Shown: positions 19,951 through 30,636 of the stretch, piece after piece
Numbering within the stretch: the stretch's first letter is position 1
Layout: each line of letters begins with the position of its first letter
Assembly: GCA_963664825.1 (NCBI GenBank)
Contig: OY761614.1
Span: 2,656,001-2,720,000, forward strand
DNA length: 64,000 bases
Reading direction: 5' to 3'
Source: an uncultured Holophaga sp.
GTDB lineage: Bacteria > Acidobacteriota > Holophagae > Holophagales > Holophagaceae
Position numbers and translations under genes: made by a program
Notes under the pieces: model-generated
Told to the model about the DNA's origin: nothing
The model's input: the letters and a program-made list of their open reading frames with translations, nothing else
The model's database searches: none

Positions 19951-20630
19951 TGCTGGGCCTCATCCAGGACATAGGAGGGGACTCCGCCCCGAACGGAGCG
20001 GCGTTCCCACGGATTCAGGCTGGCCAACCTCGGGCGGACAGCCAGATCCAGGAAGCTCAGCCGCGCCTGCTGGATGGCCTGCGCCCGCTGGAGGGCGTCG
20101 GGATTGGCCCGGAGGACTACCTGCTGAGGATCGCGCTTGATCGGTGCGGGGCGTGTGGCCACGGGGCAGGGCTGGATCGAGGCCTGCTGACGCTCCCAGG
20201 CTGCGCGGGCGCCGGGATACGCGGCTAATAGCGACGCTGGCACCACTCGGTATTCAAGGCGCCCTTTATTTGGACCAGATTCCGCCACGACCTGAGAGGC
20301 CTGGAGCTTCTTGGTGGAAATGGCCTTTTGGATTGATCGGGTTGAAACAGAAGCGAGTTCCGCCGCTTCATGCACCGTGAGCGTGCGAACCTCGTGTGGA
20401 TCCGTTATCTGCCCACCATGAACACTATTTGTTTGTCCCTTCAGGACTTGACTTGGTTCGCACGGCCCCTGATTTGGTTCGTGCGGTTCGTGCGATATCG
20501 CGCGAACCACGCGCGAACCGGGTTCGCACGATATGGGGAGAGGGATCGAAGACACCGTAACCTCGCTAGGCCGCTGGCTCGGACCTGCGTCCCCAAATGC
20601 GATCCGCTTTGATTCCGATGCTTTCCGCAA
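19854..20630 (-). pseudogene. HTH DNA-binding protein, probable truncated N-terminus of Mu-like transposase A (true start likely near 20400)
   Basis: LTVHEAAELASVSTRSIQKAI...GRLEYRVVPASL; sits directly after ner; no DDE domain follows. Confidence 0.55.
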
Positions 20631-20898
20631 TCACGTCTTCGACCGTGGCGTCCTTTCGGACTCGATCAATGACCTGGTGGAAGTAGGCGTCGCTGTAGCT
20701 GCTGGTCTCGGCCAACAGCTTCACGTTCTTGCCCTTCAGCTTGAGCAAGGCCCGGATCGCTTCGGGCTTCAAGGACCCGTCTGGTCTGATTCCTTCGGCC
20801 ATGAGGGTTTGGATATCTGAGGCAGTTGCCACAATGGCATCAACACTTACGGGTAAGCCGTAGGCAGGCCGCTTGCGCGGCTGTAGTTCAGGGCTCAT
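20566..20898 (-). CDS. Ner-like transcriptional regulator
   Basis: PEAIRALLKLKG.NVKLLAE...VEDVIAESIGIKADRIW pattern; divergent from the repressor. Confidence 0.75.
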   Translation of the reverse strand: MSPELQPRKRPAYGLPVSVDAIVATASDIQTLMAEGIRPDGSLKPEAIRALLKLKGKNVKLLAETSSYSDAYFHQVIDRVRKDATVEDVIAESIGIKADRIWGRRSEPAA

Positions 20899-20918
20899 GC
20901 TAGGCTCCGGTTGCTTAG

Positions 20919-20992
20919 TCCACGAAGCGTGGACAGTCCTAGACTATTTCACCAAGCGTGAAAGTCAACCCCTCTATTCCACGATGCGTGAA
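20919..20992. promoter_or_regulatory. Three 15-bp quasi-palindromic operators in the repressor/ner switch
   Basis: tccacgaagcgtgga (20919), ttcaccaagcgtgaa (20948), tccacgatgcgtgaa (20978); the middle one lies in the spacer of a minus-strand TTGACT-N16-TAGTCT promoter. Confidence 0.75.
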
Positions 20993-20995
20993 AAA

Positions 20996-21727
20996 ATGTC
21001 AGACCAATCCCTCGCAGAGAGATTCCGCGCCCTCAGACTGGCCCTGAGTAAGAGCCAATCCGCCTTCGGTGAGCCGATCGGAGTTAGCTATGCCGCCGTC
21101 TCACGGTGGGAGAAGGATGATGCCTTACCTCCCGATATGGCCGCTATCGCCCTAGAACACGTCTATGGTGTGTCCTCAAAATGGCTCCTGACTGGCGAAG
21201 GGCCCATGTGGATACCAAAACCCGCGCCTACGGAAGGCAGCGCGGAGCTACTCAGCCGCCCACTCATTGCAGGTGCCGCCTCCTGCGGGCCGGGTGGGGA
21301 GATCGCCGATCCCGGTCCAACTGCCCTGCGAATGCCCTTCCGCAAGGACTTCCTCCTGGAGCTCCTCCAGGAGAGCGGTGCTGGATCCACAGAGGATCTC
21401 TACGTCGTGGAATGCTCTGGTGAATCCATGCGGCCAACCGTCCATCCTGGCGATATGGCTCTGATTAACACATCTCTGGAACTCCGGCTCCAACCCAAGC
21501 GCAACGCCCTCTACCTCGTGCGCCCTGATCCAGCCAGTGCAGAGGGTCGCATCAAGCGAGTTCGTATTGATGCCAATGGCCAGCTCTGCTTTCTGTCAGA
21601 TGCACCTGGATTCACGCCAATCGCTGTTGACCTGGACAGCCTGCCCATGCAAAGCCTCATTCTGGGCCGCGTCTGCTGGGTGGCCCGTAGCGTCGTGAAG
21701 GACGAACGCCCAGAGCGGAACTGGTAG
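20996..21727 (+). CDS. Phage repressor (XRE HTH + S24 peptidase)
   Basis: HTH SQSAFGEPIGVSYAAVSRWE, WLLTGEGPM, ASCG cleavage site, SGESMRPT, IKRV. Confidence 0.9.
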   Translation: MSDQSLAERFRALRLALSKSQSAFGEPIGVSYAAVSRWEKDDALPPDMAAIALEHVYGVSSKWLLTGEGPMWIPKPAPTEGSAELLSRPLIAGAASCGPGGEIADPGPTALRMPFRKDFLLELLQESGAGSTEDLYVVECSGESMRPTVHPGDMALINTSLELRLQPKRNALYLVRPDPASAEGRIKRVRIDANGQLCFLSDAPGFTPIAVDLDSLPMQSLILGRVCWVARSVVKDERPERNW

Positions 21728-22075
21728 GCAACTCGTTCCAACCATATTGACGGATTTAGAAGCCTGGCGCAGGATCCGAAGCCAATCCGCAGGATTCGTG
21801 CATCCTTTTTGCCGGATTTCCGCTTCGTTACGCGTCATCCGTCCCAAACTTATTGACGGATTCTCAGGTCTCCAGATCACCCACAAAGCCCCGCCCGCGT
21901 TGGCTTTTGGGCCATGTGCCCGAATCGGTCGTCATGCGAATTATTTCGACGGATCACAGCCGCGGACGCCTCCGACCGTCCCCCGGACGGTCTCCGGCTG
22001 CGGCTACCGGCGCGACATTCGTGATTCCGAATCCCGCCCTGAAGCGGAGCACCCAGCTGGCGCGGGGTGTCTGAA

Positions 22076-22165
22076 TGGCGGAGGGGGCGGGATTCGAACC
22101 CGCGGAGGGCTCACACCCTCGTCGGTTTTCAAGACCGGTGCCTTAAACCGCTCGGCCACCCCTCC
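22076..22165 (-). tRNA. tRNA-Ser(TGA)
   Basis: GGAGGGG...CT TGA AA...long variable arm...GTTCGAATC...CCCCTCCGCCA. Confidence 0.96.
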
Positions 22166-22249
22166 ATGCTTTCATCATCGGCGAGGGAGGGGCGGTTCGG
22201 CAACATCCCTTGCGAGTTGGCTTGGTTCTAGGTAGCATCGAGGGTTCCG

Positions 22250-22342
22250 GGAGAGATGCCGGAGTGGCCGATCGGGCTCGCCTGCTAAGCGAGTGTGTTG
22301 GGTAAACCAGCACCCAGGGTTCGAATCCCTGTCTCTCCGCCA
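22250..22342 (+). tRNA. tRNA-Ser(GCT); island integration site
   Basis: GGAGAGA...CTCGC CT GCT AA GCGAG...GTTCGAATC...TCTCTCCGCCA. Confidence 0.96.
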
Positions 22343-22346
22343 AAAC

Positions 22347-22383
22347 AATCGCCAAGTCACTGTTAAAAGGTGACTTGGCGATT
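22347..22383 (+). terminator. Island-supplied hairpin after the tRNA
   Basis: Perfect 14-bp inverted repeat aatcgccaagtcac N9 gtgacttggcgatt. Confidence 0.65.
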
Positions 22384-22396
22384 CATCGCTATGTCA

Positions 22397-22417
22397 ACCC
22401 ATCCTTCTACCCATATT
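22397..22417. repeat. Probable integrase arm-binding sites (left end)
   Basis: acccatccttctacccatatt; near-identical copy acccatacttctacccatatt at 50092-50112. Confidence 0.7.
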
Positions 22418-22846
22418 TTATTGTTGGGGCAAATCGCCCATACGGCAGTCTCATTCTTGCTGTGGGACTGGATTTCAGTGGCGTTTCCCAAACCGAGTGA
22501 AGGCGCGTCATGGTTCGATTGCTTTGGCGCACCAGAACAATCGGTAGTGACGTGCCAAACCATGCGGTTCATTACAAGAGAATGTTGGAATGACCGAAAC
22601 GTCCGAGAGCCAATCATGGCGGGGCTTCCACTTAGAGGTCCAGACATTTCCCAATGTCCAAAACGTCCAAGACTCCCGATGAATTTTGGGAACACTTCCA
22701 GATCTTGATCATGTCCCAACGCGGCGATGCGGGGCGTATCTGAACGCAAAGCACTGGAAAGCGCCCAATTCGATATGCACAGGCGAACCCAGACCCTCTA
22801 CAATGGATTGAACATTCTTAACCTTGATGATCGGCAGGTTCCAACC

Positions 22847-24400
22847 ATGGCTCGACCGGCGAAAACCTCAGGAAAGAACGGCTCGTCACTTGGATTTGAG
22901 GCCAACCTCTGGCAGATGGCCGATGCCCTGCGGAACAACATGGACGCGGCGGAATACAAGCACGTCGTGCTGGGGTTGATCTTCCTGAAATACATCTCCG
23001 ATGCCTTCGAGGCCAAGCACATCGAGCTGGAGGCCCAGAGGTTGGACGGGGCGGACCCGGAGGATCAGGACGAATACCGGGCCGCGAGCATCTTCTGGGT
23101 GCCCAAGGAAGCCCGCTGGGCGCACCTGAAGGCCCAGGCCCCCCAACCCACCATCGGCACCGCCGTGGACGATGCTATGAGCGCCTTGGAGCGGGACAAC
23201 CCCTCCCTGAAGGGCGTGCTGCCCAAGGACTTTGGCCGTCCCGGCCTCGATAAGCAGCGCCTGGGCCAGATCATCAACTTGGTGAGCAATATCACAATGG
23301 GCAGTGCGCCAGATCGCGCCAAAGACAGGCTTGGGCAGGTTTACGAGTATTTCCTTTCACGATTTGCCAGCGCCGAGGGCAAGAGCGGTGGGCAGTTCTA
23401 CACGCCCTCCCCGGTGGTGCGGGTGCTGGTGGAGATGCTGGCCCCCTACAAGGGCCGGGTCTACGATCCCTGCTGCGGTTCCGGCGGCATGTTCGTGAGC
23501 AGTGAGAAGTTCATCGAGGCCCACAGTGGGCGCATCGGCGATATCTCCATCTACGGCCAGGAGAGCAACTACACAACCTGGCGCCTGGCCAAGATGAACC
23601 TGGCCATCCGCGGCATCGACGCCCAGATCGCCCATGGCGACACCTTCCACAACGACCGCCACCCGGACCTCAAGGCCGATTACGTTCTGGCCAATCCCCC
23701 CTTCAACGACAGCGACTGGCGCGGGGATCTGCTGAAGGACGACAAGCGCTGGGTCTACGGCGTGCCGCCCGCGGGCAACGCCAATTTCGCCTGGGTCCAG
23801 CACTTCCTGCATCACCTGGCCCCCACCGGAACCGCGGGCTTCGTGCTCGCCAATGGCTCCATGTCCTCCAATCAGTCCGGGGAGGGTGAGATCCGGAAGG
23901 CGCTCATCGAGGCGGATCTGGTGGATTGCATGGTGGCCCTGCCGGGCCAGCTCTTCTACTCCACCCAGATCCCCGTCTGCCTTTGGTTCCTGACCCGCGA
24001 TAAGCGCAACCGGGGCTTCCGGGACCGCCGGGGTGAGACCCTCTTCATCGACGCGCGGAAGATGGGCAGCATGATCAACCGCGTCCAGCGGGAGCTGACG
24101 GACGAGGATATCTCCACAATCGCCGGGGCCTACCACGCCTGGCGCGGTGACAAGGGCGCAGGCGCCTACGAGGACAAGGCCGGATTCTGCAAGCTCGCGA
24201 GCCTGGACGATATCCGCAAGCACGGGCACGTGCTCACGCCGGGGCGCTACGTGGGCGCGGAAGAGGTCGAGGACGATGGCGTCTCCTTCGACGAGAAGAT
24301 GAAGCGCCTGTCCCAGCTCTTCCGCGAGCAGCAGGCCGAGGGCGCGCGCCTGGATGCCGCCATCAACGCCAATCTGACGAGCCTTGGCTATGGCGAATAA
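22847..24400 (+). CDS. hsdM: Type I R-M methyltransferase subunit
   Basis: [21 protein letters not shown]. Confidence 0.96.
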   Translation: MARPAKTSGKNGSSLGFEANLWQMADALRNNMDAAEYKHVVLGLIFLKYISDAFEAKHIELEAQRLDGADPEDQDEYRAASIFWVPKEARWAHLKAQAPQPTIGTAVDDAMSALERDNPSLKGVLPKDFGRPGLDKQRLGQIINLVSNITMGSAPDRAKDRLGQVYEYFLSRFASAEGKSGGQFYTPSPVVRVLVEMLAPYKGRVYDPCCGSGGMFVSSEKFIEAHSGRIGDISIYGQESNYTTWRLAKMNLAIRGIDAQIAHGDTFHNDRHPDLKADYVLANPPFNDSDWRGDLLKDDKRWVYGVPPAGNANFAWVQHFLHHLAPTGTAGFVLANGSMSSNQSGEGEIRKALIEADLVDCMVALPGQLFYSTQIPVCLWFLTRDKRNRGFRDRRGETLFIDARKMGSMINRVQRELTDEDISTIAGAYHAWRGDKGAGAYEDKAGFCKLASLDDIRKHGHVLTPGRYVGAEEVEDDGVSFDEKMKRLSQLFREQQAEGARLDAAINANLTSLGYGE

Positions 24401-25658
24401 AAAGGTCAATCCCGATCCGGGGGGACCGCCCGGCCGCAGTTCGCAACGCGGGGAAACAGCCGCACGTAAAGCCGCGGCCTCTGCGTCCCCCCAGGACCCC
24501 CGCGCCAATCGCGGGCCAAGCCCGCAATCGGCGCCATGGCCTGCACCAGTAGAGAAATCAACCAGCCAGGCTCATCGCCGTGTGCGGGGCCAAGCCCACG
24601 CCGAGGCCGCCTTTCCCGCGGCTCCTTCCCTGGCGGAGCTGCCGGGGGATTACCTCATCACCCTGGAGGAGATCAAACAGCGGATCCAGAAGGAACGCCT
24701 GCGGGTCATCGTCTCCGCCAACCAGGCCATGGTGCTGCTCTACTGGGATCTGGGGCGACTGATCCTGGAACGCCAGGGCCAGCAGGGCTGGGGGGCCAAG
24801 GTCATCGATCGGCTGGCGGCGGATCTGCGGGCGGCTTTTCCCGGAATGAAGGGCTTCTCGCCCCGCAACCTGCTCTCTATGCGGAGTTTCGCCGAGACCT
24901 GCCAGGACGGTGAATTGGTGAAACAGGTTGTTTCACAATTGCCCTGGGGGCACGTGATTCGCCTCCTGCAGCGGGAGAAGGATTCCGAGACTCGCGCCTG
25001 GTATGCCCGTCAGGCCGTCGCCCAGGGATGGAGTCGCAGCATCCTGGAGCTTCAGATGGATCGGCGCGCCCACGAGCGCCAGGGCCAGGCCATCACCAAC
25101 TTCCCGGCCACGCTGCCACCCGCCGATTCCGATATGGCCACCCAGGTCTTCAAGGATCCCTACCTCTTCGATTTCCTGGGCACCGCGGACCCGCGCCGGG
25201 AGCGGGAAGTGGAACAGGCCCTGGTGGAGCACATCCAGCACTTCCTGCTGGAGTTGGGCGCGGGCTTCGCCTTCGTGGGGCGCCAGGTCCACCTGGAGGT
25301 GGGTGATCAGGACTTCTACGTCGATCTCCTTTTCTATCACCTGAAGCTGCGCTGCTACGTCATCGTGGAACTCAAGGCCACGGCCTTCAATCCGGCCTTC
25401 GTGGGCCAGCTGAACCTCTACCTCTCCGCCGCCGACGACCTGCTGCGCCATCCCGACGACAAGCCCACCATCGGCCTGCTGCTCTGCCGGTCCAAGAACA
25501 AGATCGTGGCCGAATACGCCCTGCGGGACTTCAACAAACCCATCGGCATCGCCCAGTGGGAGACGCTGATCATCGAGAAACTGCCCCAGGAGTTTGCTGA
25601 CAGCCTGCCCACCGTCGAGGAATTGGAGACGGAGCTGGGGGGAGGTGAGCTTGAGTAG
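24384..25658 (+). CDS. DUF1016/YhcG PD-(D/E)xK nuclease-domain protein
   Basis: [59 protein letters not shown]. True start may be further downstream. Confidence 0.92.
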   Translation: MAMANKKVNPDPGGPPGRSSQRGETAARKAAASASPQDPRANRGPSPQSAPWPAPVEKSTSQAHRRVRGQAHAEAAFPAAPSLAELPGDYLITLEEIKQRIQKERLRVIVSANQAMVLLYWDLGRLILERQGQQGWGAKVIDRLAADLRAAFPGMKGFSPRNLLSMRSFAETCQDGELVKQVVSQLPWGHVIRLLQREKDSETRAWYARQAVAQGWSRSILELQMDRRAHERQGQAITNFPATLPPADSDMATQVFKDPYLFDFLGTADPRREREVEQALVEHIQHFLLELGAGFAFVGRQVHLEVGDQDFYVDLLFYHLKLRCYVIVELKATAFNPAFVGQLNLYLSAADDLLRHPDDKPTIGLLLCRSKNKIVAEYALRDFNKPIGIAQWETLIIEKLPQEFADSLPTVEELETELGGGELE

Positions 25659-25760
25659 GTCTTCCATAAACTCACGCCCCATTGCCGCTTTCGACGAACC
25701 CGTTATTCCCTACATCACCAATAAAGGTCACATGGCCTACCTTGTAAGAAGGGGGGGCAT

Positions 25761-27098
25761 GTGAGGGGATCACCAATTCCACATCCTCCGAATTGGCAGG
25801 TTAGATCGCTCTCTGAGATCACCACCAAAATTGGATCAGGTGCCACTCCGACTGGCGGGAGCGACGCATATCTACCTTCTCGTATTAATTTCGCACTGGT
25901 TCGCAGCCAGAATGTGTTCGATAACCGGTTCGATCCAACGGGTCTTGCCTTTATCTCTGATGAACAAGCGGATCGTCTTCGCGGCGTGATTCTCCAACAG
26001 AACGATCTCTTGCTGAACATTACAGGCGATGGAATTACTTTCGGCAGAGCCTGCAGGGTTCCCAATGAGGTCCTACCAGCTTGCGTAAATCAGCACGTGA
26101 GCATCATTCGAGTGAATCAAGAAGTTGCTGATCCTGGGTTCGTGCTCGCATTCCTCACCCATCCATCCGTGAAGGAATACATCGAATCCTTTAACGCCGG
26201 AGGCTCAAGGCGCGCGATTACGAAAGGCCATATCGAGTCGTTCCGGCTTCCTCTTCCTCCGCTTGGCATCCAGCGTGCCATCGCCCATATCCTTGGCGCG
26301 CTGGACGACAAGATCGAACTGAACCGCCGCCAGAACGAAACCCTGGAGGCCATGGCCCGAGCCCTCTTCAAGTCCTGGTTCGTGGACTTCGATCCCGTCC
26401 GAGTAATGGTGGAGGGGCGGCACCCGAAAGGGCTTCCTGAAAATGTAATGTCAATGTTCCCTTCCGGATTCCAGCCCAGTGCCCTCGGAGAGATTCCAAA
26501 GGGTTGGGAAGTTGGTCCTATCCTCGCTCAGGCCAAAATATTAAGCGGTGGAACACCGAAGACAGATCGTGTGGACTATTGGAATGGCGATATTTCGTGG
26601 GCAAGCGCAAAGGATGTTTCTCAATGCGGAGAGATGTTCCTGACGGCCACTGAACGGACCATTACAAAAAAAGGCCTCGCTGAGAGCGCAACGCAGCTCA
26701 TTTCGGCCCTTTCCACTGTCGTGGTCGCGCGTGGGGCTACCACAGGGCGGATGACGATGTTCGGTCGAGAAATGGCCATGAACCAAACTTGCTACGCACT
26801 GAGGAGCAAGTTGGATACTCCCTTTGCCTTGCACTGTTTGTTGCGCCAAGAGATGGACACCCTAGTTCATTCGGCACACGGTTCTGTATTCGACACGATC
26901 ACAACAAACACTTTTTCAAGTTCGAAGGTGGTTCTCGCCCCTCCTTCTGTGCTTCAACTTTTTGACCGAATTTCCTCGTCTTTCTTTCAACGCATTTTGG
27001 CCAATACCGAGGAATCGCGAGGCCTCGCAGCGTTGCGTGATGCGTTGCTACCCAAACTTCTTGCTGGTGAATTACAAGTAAAAAATGCAAAAAAATGA
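25761..27098 (+). CDS. hsdS: Type I R-M specificity subunit
   Basis: Two TRDs separated by QRAIAHILGALDDKIELNRRQNETLEAMARALFKSWFVDF; C-terminal LRDALLPKLLAGEL. Confidence 0.95.
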   Translation: MRGSPIPHPPNWQVRSLSEITTKIGSGATPTGGSDAYLPSRINFALVRSQNVFDNRFDPTGLAFISDEQADRLRGVILQQNDLLLNITGDGITFGRACRVPNEVLPACVNQHVSIIRVNQEVADPGFVLAFLTHPSVKEYIESFNAGGSRRAITKGHIESFRLPLPPLGIQRAIAHILGALDDKIELNRRQNETLEAMARALFKSWFVDFDPVRVMVEGRHPKGLPENVMSMFPSGFQPSALGEIPKGWEVGPILAQAKILSGGTPKTDRVDYWNGDISWASAKDVSQCGEMFLTATERTITKKGLAESATQLISALSTVVVARGATTGRMTMFGREMAMNQTCYALRSKLDTPFALHCLLRQEMDTLVHSAHGSVFDTITTNTFSSSKVVLAPPSVLQLFDRISSSFFQRILANTEESRGLAALRDALLPKLLAGELQVKNAKK

Positions 27099-27110
27099 TG
27101 GGGGTGTGAC

Positions 27111-29882
27111 ATGAGCACGACGTGGGATTGGCCTGGCTCCCATTGGTGGCGCGTTGATCTTCACGCGCACTCTCCAGCGTCCTACGACTTCAAGCCAGAG
27201 ACTGATCGAGTGGCGGCGGATTGGTTGGCATGGGTGGTCGCATGCAGAACAGCAGGCCTTCATGCCGTCGCACTCACAGACCACAATACTCCTGATGGGG
27301 TGCCAGGGATTCAAGAGGCACAGCGAAATTCCTCCGGAATCATTGTTTTCCCTGGAGTAGAGGCCACCGTCGGTGGCATTCACATACTGTGCATATTGGA
27401 TCCTAGATGTGGTCGGGACGACGTAGTGTCGATGCTCTCCAAGCTTGGCATCGATCCATCCGCTTTCGGCACCCATGAAGCTTCTTCGACCAAGAGCATT
27501 GTCGAGGCATTTGAAATCGCAAATGCCTCGGGAGCCATTGTTGTTGCTGCTCATGTGAATGGGCCAAAAGGCTTACTGACACTGAGCGGTGTTGATCGAC
27601 TCAAGGCGCTCAAACACGCAGGGCTCGCGGCTGCTGAGATCGCACTGGTTGCGCCATCAGACCCAGATGAGACATGGCTCGACCCCACAGGCGATGATGT
27701 TCAAACTTGGTTGGATGGGTCGAACACAAATGGGAGAAAGATTACCCAGGTTTGGGGATCAGACAGTCATTCACATGCGCATGCTGGTCGCCAGTTTACG
27801 TGGGTGAAGATGACCCGGCCCGATATCGAAGGGTTGCGGTTGGCATTCCTCGATGGAGATGGATCTGTGTTGCCTTCATTGGCCCCCCAGGATCCGAACC
27901 GGCATGCGAGCAACGTCATCGAGAGCATCACGGTCACTAAGGCTAAATTCATGGGTCGTCCTGAACCGATGACCGTTCATTTCAATCCCTGGTTCAATGC
28001 CATTATTGGAAGTCGTGGGACTGGAAAATCTACGCTTGTGGACTTCTGTCGGGTCGCACTCCGTCGGGAGAATGAGCTGGATGGTGGAGGAGAGACCACT
28101 CTACGGTCCGTGCTGGATAAGCGCATGCGCATTCCAGTGGGTCGTCATGATGAAGGACTCATTACTTCTGACACTGTTGTGGACGTTGTTTACAGGAAGG
28201 ATGGTGAGCGGTTCTCGCTTGCATGGGATAAGCAAGGTCAAATGGCCCCAATCTCCCGATTGAATGGCACTCAACGCGTTCCAGAGAGTGGGGATATCAA
28301 CGAACGATTCCCGATAAGGATATACAGTCAAAAGCAACTTTTTGATTTGGCGAAGGATCCTGATGCACTTTTAGTCGTCATCGACGACACACCTGAGGTG
28401 CGGGGTTCAGAGCTAATGCGGGCTAGCAAAGAAGCGGAGACAAAATACCTTTCATTGTGTGCGGAGGCACGATCGCTTAAGGCTAAAGCTGCCGATCTTC
28501 CAGCACGGCAGGCCACCCTAAACGATGTGCGGCGAAAAGTAGAGGTCCTTCAGCAGGGGGGGCATGCTCAGACGCTCAGTGAATTTCGTCTGCGCCGTCT
28601 GCAAGACGATTCTTGGACTGATGCACAGCGATTGATTGAAGAAAACATCCTGGCTCTTGAACAACAAACCAATTCGTTGTCCCTTCCTGCCCTAGCGCAG
28701 ACTGATGAAGATGGGCCAGATCCAGCGATCCAGGTGTTGAAGCGGATGCACCAAGAGGCCAGTTCTGCCTTGGGAAACCTTCGAGCAGAAGTGACGAATT
28801 CTATCCAGCGGACTCGCGCTCGAATTGCCGCTATCACCTTGGGGGATGATGCGGTTGTGTGGAGTGAAGTCGTTGAAACAAGTGAACAGGGATATACGCG
28901 GGTCACTGAGCAGCTAGCCCAGGCTGGCATTGCCAACCCAGACGAGTATCGTGACTTGCTTCTGCGGGCTGAGACTCTTGAACAAGAAATCCGAACTCTT
29001 CAACTGCAATTCACTACTGGTGATGAGAGAGAGCAGGAGGCTAAGAATCAGTTGGATGTGTATCGAAATCTCCGCAGAGAATTGACTGATCGACGGACAC
29101 AATTTGCTATTGGTGCAACTAATTCGTTGATTCGAGCTGAGATCAAAGAATTCGGTGACAGCAGTGATTTTGAAGCATTTCTTCGAAATTCACTCGGGAT
29201 AGAACGATTCGACGAGGACCAGAGGGTAATTGTCGAGATGGTGGTTTCTCCAATAGAGGAGAACTCCGGCTGGTCCTTTCATGGACTAGACTCTGCCGTA
29301 ACCCGCCTTCGGGAAGTCGTATCGGATCCAAAAGAAAAATGGCTTTCCACTGACCGCCGTTTTGAGGCAGCTCTGCGGAGGCTGCAACCAGAGCGAATTG
29401 ATCGCCTGGCACTCTACACTCCTCAGGACTCCGTCGACGTTAGTTTCCGTGATCCCAGAGATAGTGGGAATCAATGGCGGAAATTGTCCCAGGGCTCTCC
29501 GGGACAGCAGACGGCGGCTCTCCTGGCTTTTGTTCTTGGCTATGGTGAGGAGCCAATAATCCTCGACCAACCAGAAGATGATCTGGACAACACCCTCATC
29601 TACGAGCTGCTGGTTCAGCGATTACGTGACAGCAAACAGTCCCGACAAATAATTGTCGTCACTCACAATCCGAATATCGTTGTCCATGGGGACGCGGAGC
29701 TTGTTGTATCTCTTGAGGCAGTGTCGGGCCAAAGTAAAATTAAATTTGCTGGTGGCTTACAAGAACAGGAGGCTCGAGAAGAAATTTGCCGCGTCATGGA
29801 AGGAGGACGCCAAGCATTTGAAACGCGATACCGGCGCATCTCGGGAGTAGGGAGAAGGCATACGGATGGGAATGCCTTATGA
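27111..29882 (+). CDS. PHP phosphoesterase fused to a coiled-coil ABC/SMC-like ATPase (Ppl/TrlF-like defence protein)
   Basis: DLHAHSPAS, ALTDHN, PGVE, AAH, GSDSH (PHP); GSRGTGKST, SPGQ, IILDQPEDDLDN, VTHNPN (ABC). Confidence 0.88.
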   Translation: MSTTWDWPGSHWWRVDLHAHSPASYDFKPETDRVAADWLAWVVACRTAGLHAVALTDHNTPDGVPGIQEAQRNSSGIIVFPGVEATVGGIHILCILDPRCGRDDVVSMLSKLGIDPSAFGTHEASSTKSIVEAFEIANASGAIVVAAHVNGPKGLLTLSGVDRLKALKHAGLAAAEIALVAPSDPDETWLDPTGDDVQTWLDGSNTNGRKITQVWGSDSHSHAHAGRQFTWVKMTRPDIEGLRLAFLDGDGSVLPSLAPQDPNRHASNVIESITVTKAKFMGRPEPMTVHFNPWFNAIIGSRGTGKSTLVDFCRVALRRENELDGGGETTLRSVLDKRMRIPVGRHDEGLITSDTVVDVVYRKDGERFSLAWDKQGQMAPISRLNGTQRVPESGDINERFPIRIYSQKQLFDLAKDPDALLVVIDDTPEVRGSELMRASKEAETKYLSLCAEARSLKAKAADLPARQATLNDVRRKVEVLQQGGHAQTLSEFRLRRLQDDSWTDAQRLIEENILALEQQTNSLSLPALAQTDEDGPDPAIQVLKRMHQEASSALGNLRAEVTNSIQRTRARIAAITLGDDAVVWSEVVETSEQGYTRVTEQLAQAGIANPDEYRDLLLRAETLEQEIRTLQLQFTTGDEREQEAKNQLDVYRNLRRELTDRRTQFAIGATNSLIRAEIKEFGDSSDFEAFLRNSLGIERFDEDQRVIVEMVVSPIEENSGWSFHGLDSAVTRLREVVSDPKEKWLSTDRRFEAALRRLQPERIDRLALYTPQDSVDVSFRDPRDSGNQWRKLSQGSPGQQTAALLAFVLGYGEEPIILDQPEDDLDNTLIYELLVQRLRDSKQSRQIIVVTHNPNIVVHGDAELVVSLEAVSGQSKIKFAGGLQEQEAREEICRVMEGGRQAFETRYRRISGVGRRHTDGNAL

Positions 29883-29982
29883 CCGATGCGTGCTGGCACC
29901 CATTCTTATTGAATTCTTCAAAATGGCATTCCCATCTGTTTGATAACAGTGGCTGGATTGAACACTCGAGAAGAGTGGACTT

Positions 29983-30636
29983 ATGAGCCTGCATCCTTGG
30001 GCAAAAGGCCCCTTCGAGTTGCTGGCTCACGCGGATGGTCACCTCCGAGGCGGAGAAGATTTTGATCGCCGCATCGCCCTAATCAGCTTTGATAACGCGA
30101 TCGAAGTGACGATCACGACATACCTCACGTTGCACCCCATCCAGCGCGGAGACCGCACCTACCCAAGTGCTGACGTAGATAAATGGCTTGCCAACTACCA
30201 CACGAAGCTGGACTTTCTTGGAATAGAACTTTCTAAACGAAGCCTGAAATGGGAAGTCGAAAAGAGCCATATCGTCTATGCCCACGAGCACCGCAATGAG
30301 CAATACCACGGTGGCAACAAAGGAACCCCTGAGAAAGAAGTCCTCGCGATCATTCGGAGAGCTGCCGTTTGGATCTTCTCCACGCTCTTCGAGGTCGCGG
30401 ATGTGGAGACCCTGCTTGAGCAGGACTGCTTGGACAAGCGACCTCCAAGCCAGCCACAACCAGACGACGCGTTCGATCGAGCCATAGATCTGGAATTTGA
30501 GATGGTGGAAGTAGCGGGCAAGGTGCTCTATGCCAGTGAGGTTCTGTTTGCCGTTGACTATGGAGAATACCGAGAAACCGGGGCTCGGCTTTGCGAGGGC
30601 ATAAGCGAGGAAGACATGATGGAGAATGACGGATGA
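29983..30636 (+). CDS. HEPN-like protein (putative RNase)
   Basis: Helical [10 protein letters not shown]...HEHRNEQYH (Rx4H); stop overlaps the hsdR start (ATGA). Confidence 0.6.
   Translation: MSLHPWAKGPFELLAHADGHLRGGEDFDRRIALISFDNAIEVTITTYLTLHPIQRGDRTYPSADVDKWLANYHTKLDFLGIELSKRSLKWEVEKSHIVYAHEHRNEQYHGGNKGTPEKEVLAIIRRAAVWIFSTLFEVADVETLLEQDCLDKRPPSQPQPDDAFDRAIDLEFEMVEVAGKVLYASEVLFAVDYGEYRETGARLCEGISEEDMMENDG

Larger units (their letters stand above)
15917..21879 (-). mobile_element. Defective Mu-like (transposable) prophage, early region only
   Basis: Divergent repressor/Ner pair followed by HTH (MuA-like N-terminus), DUF3164 fragment, GemA, antirepressor and Dam fragment; no structural genes. 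Right boundary approximate. Confidence 0.75.

Noticed and set aside
25651..25761. G7 tract before hsdS and an upstream TTG ORF as a possible phase-variation switch
   Set aside because: The tract is short and doubles as a ribosome site; hsdS is complete from GTG 25761.
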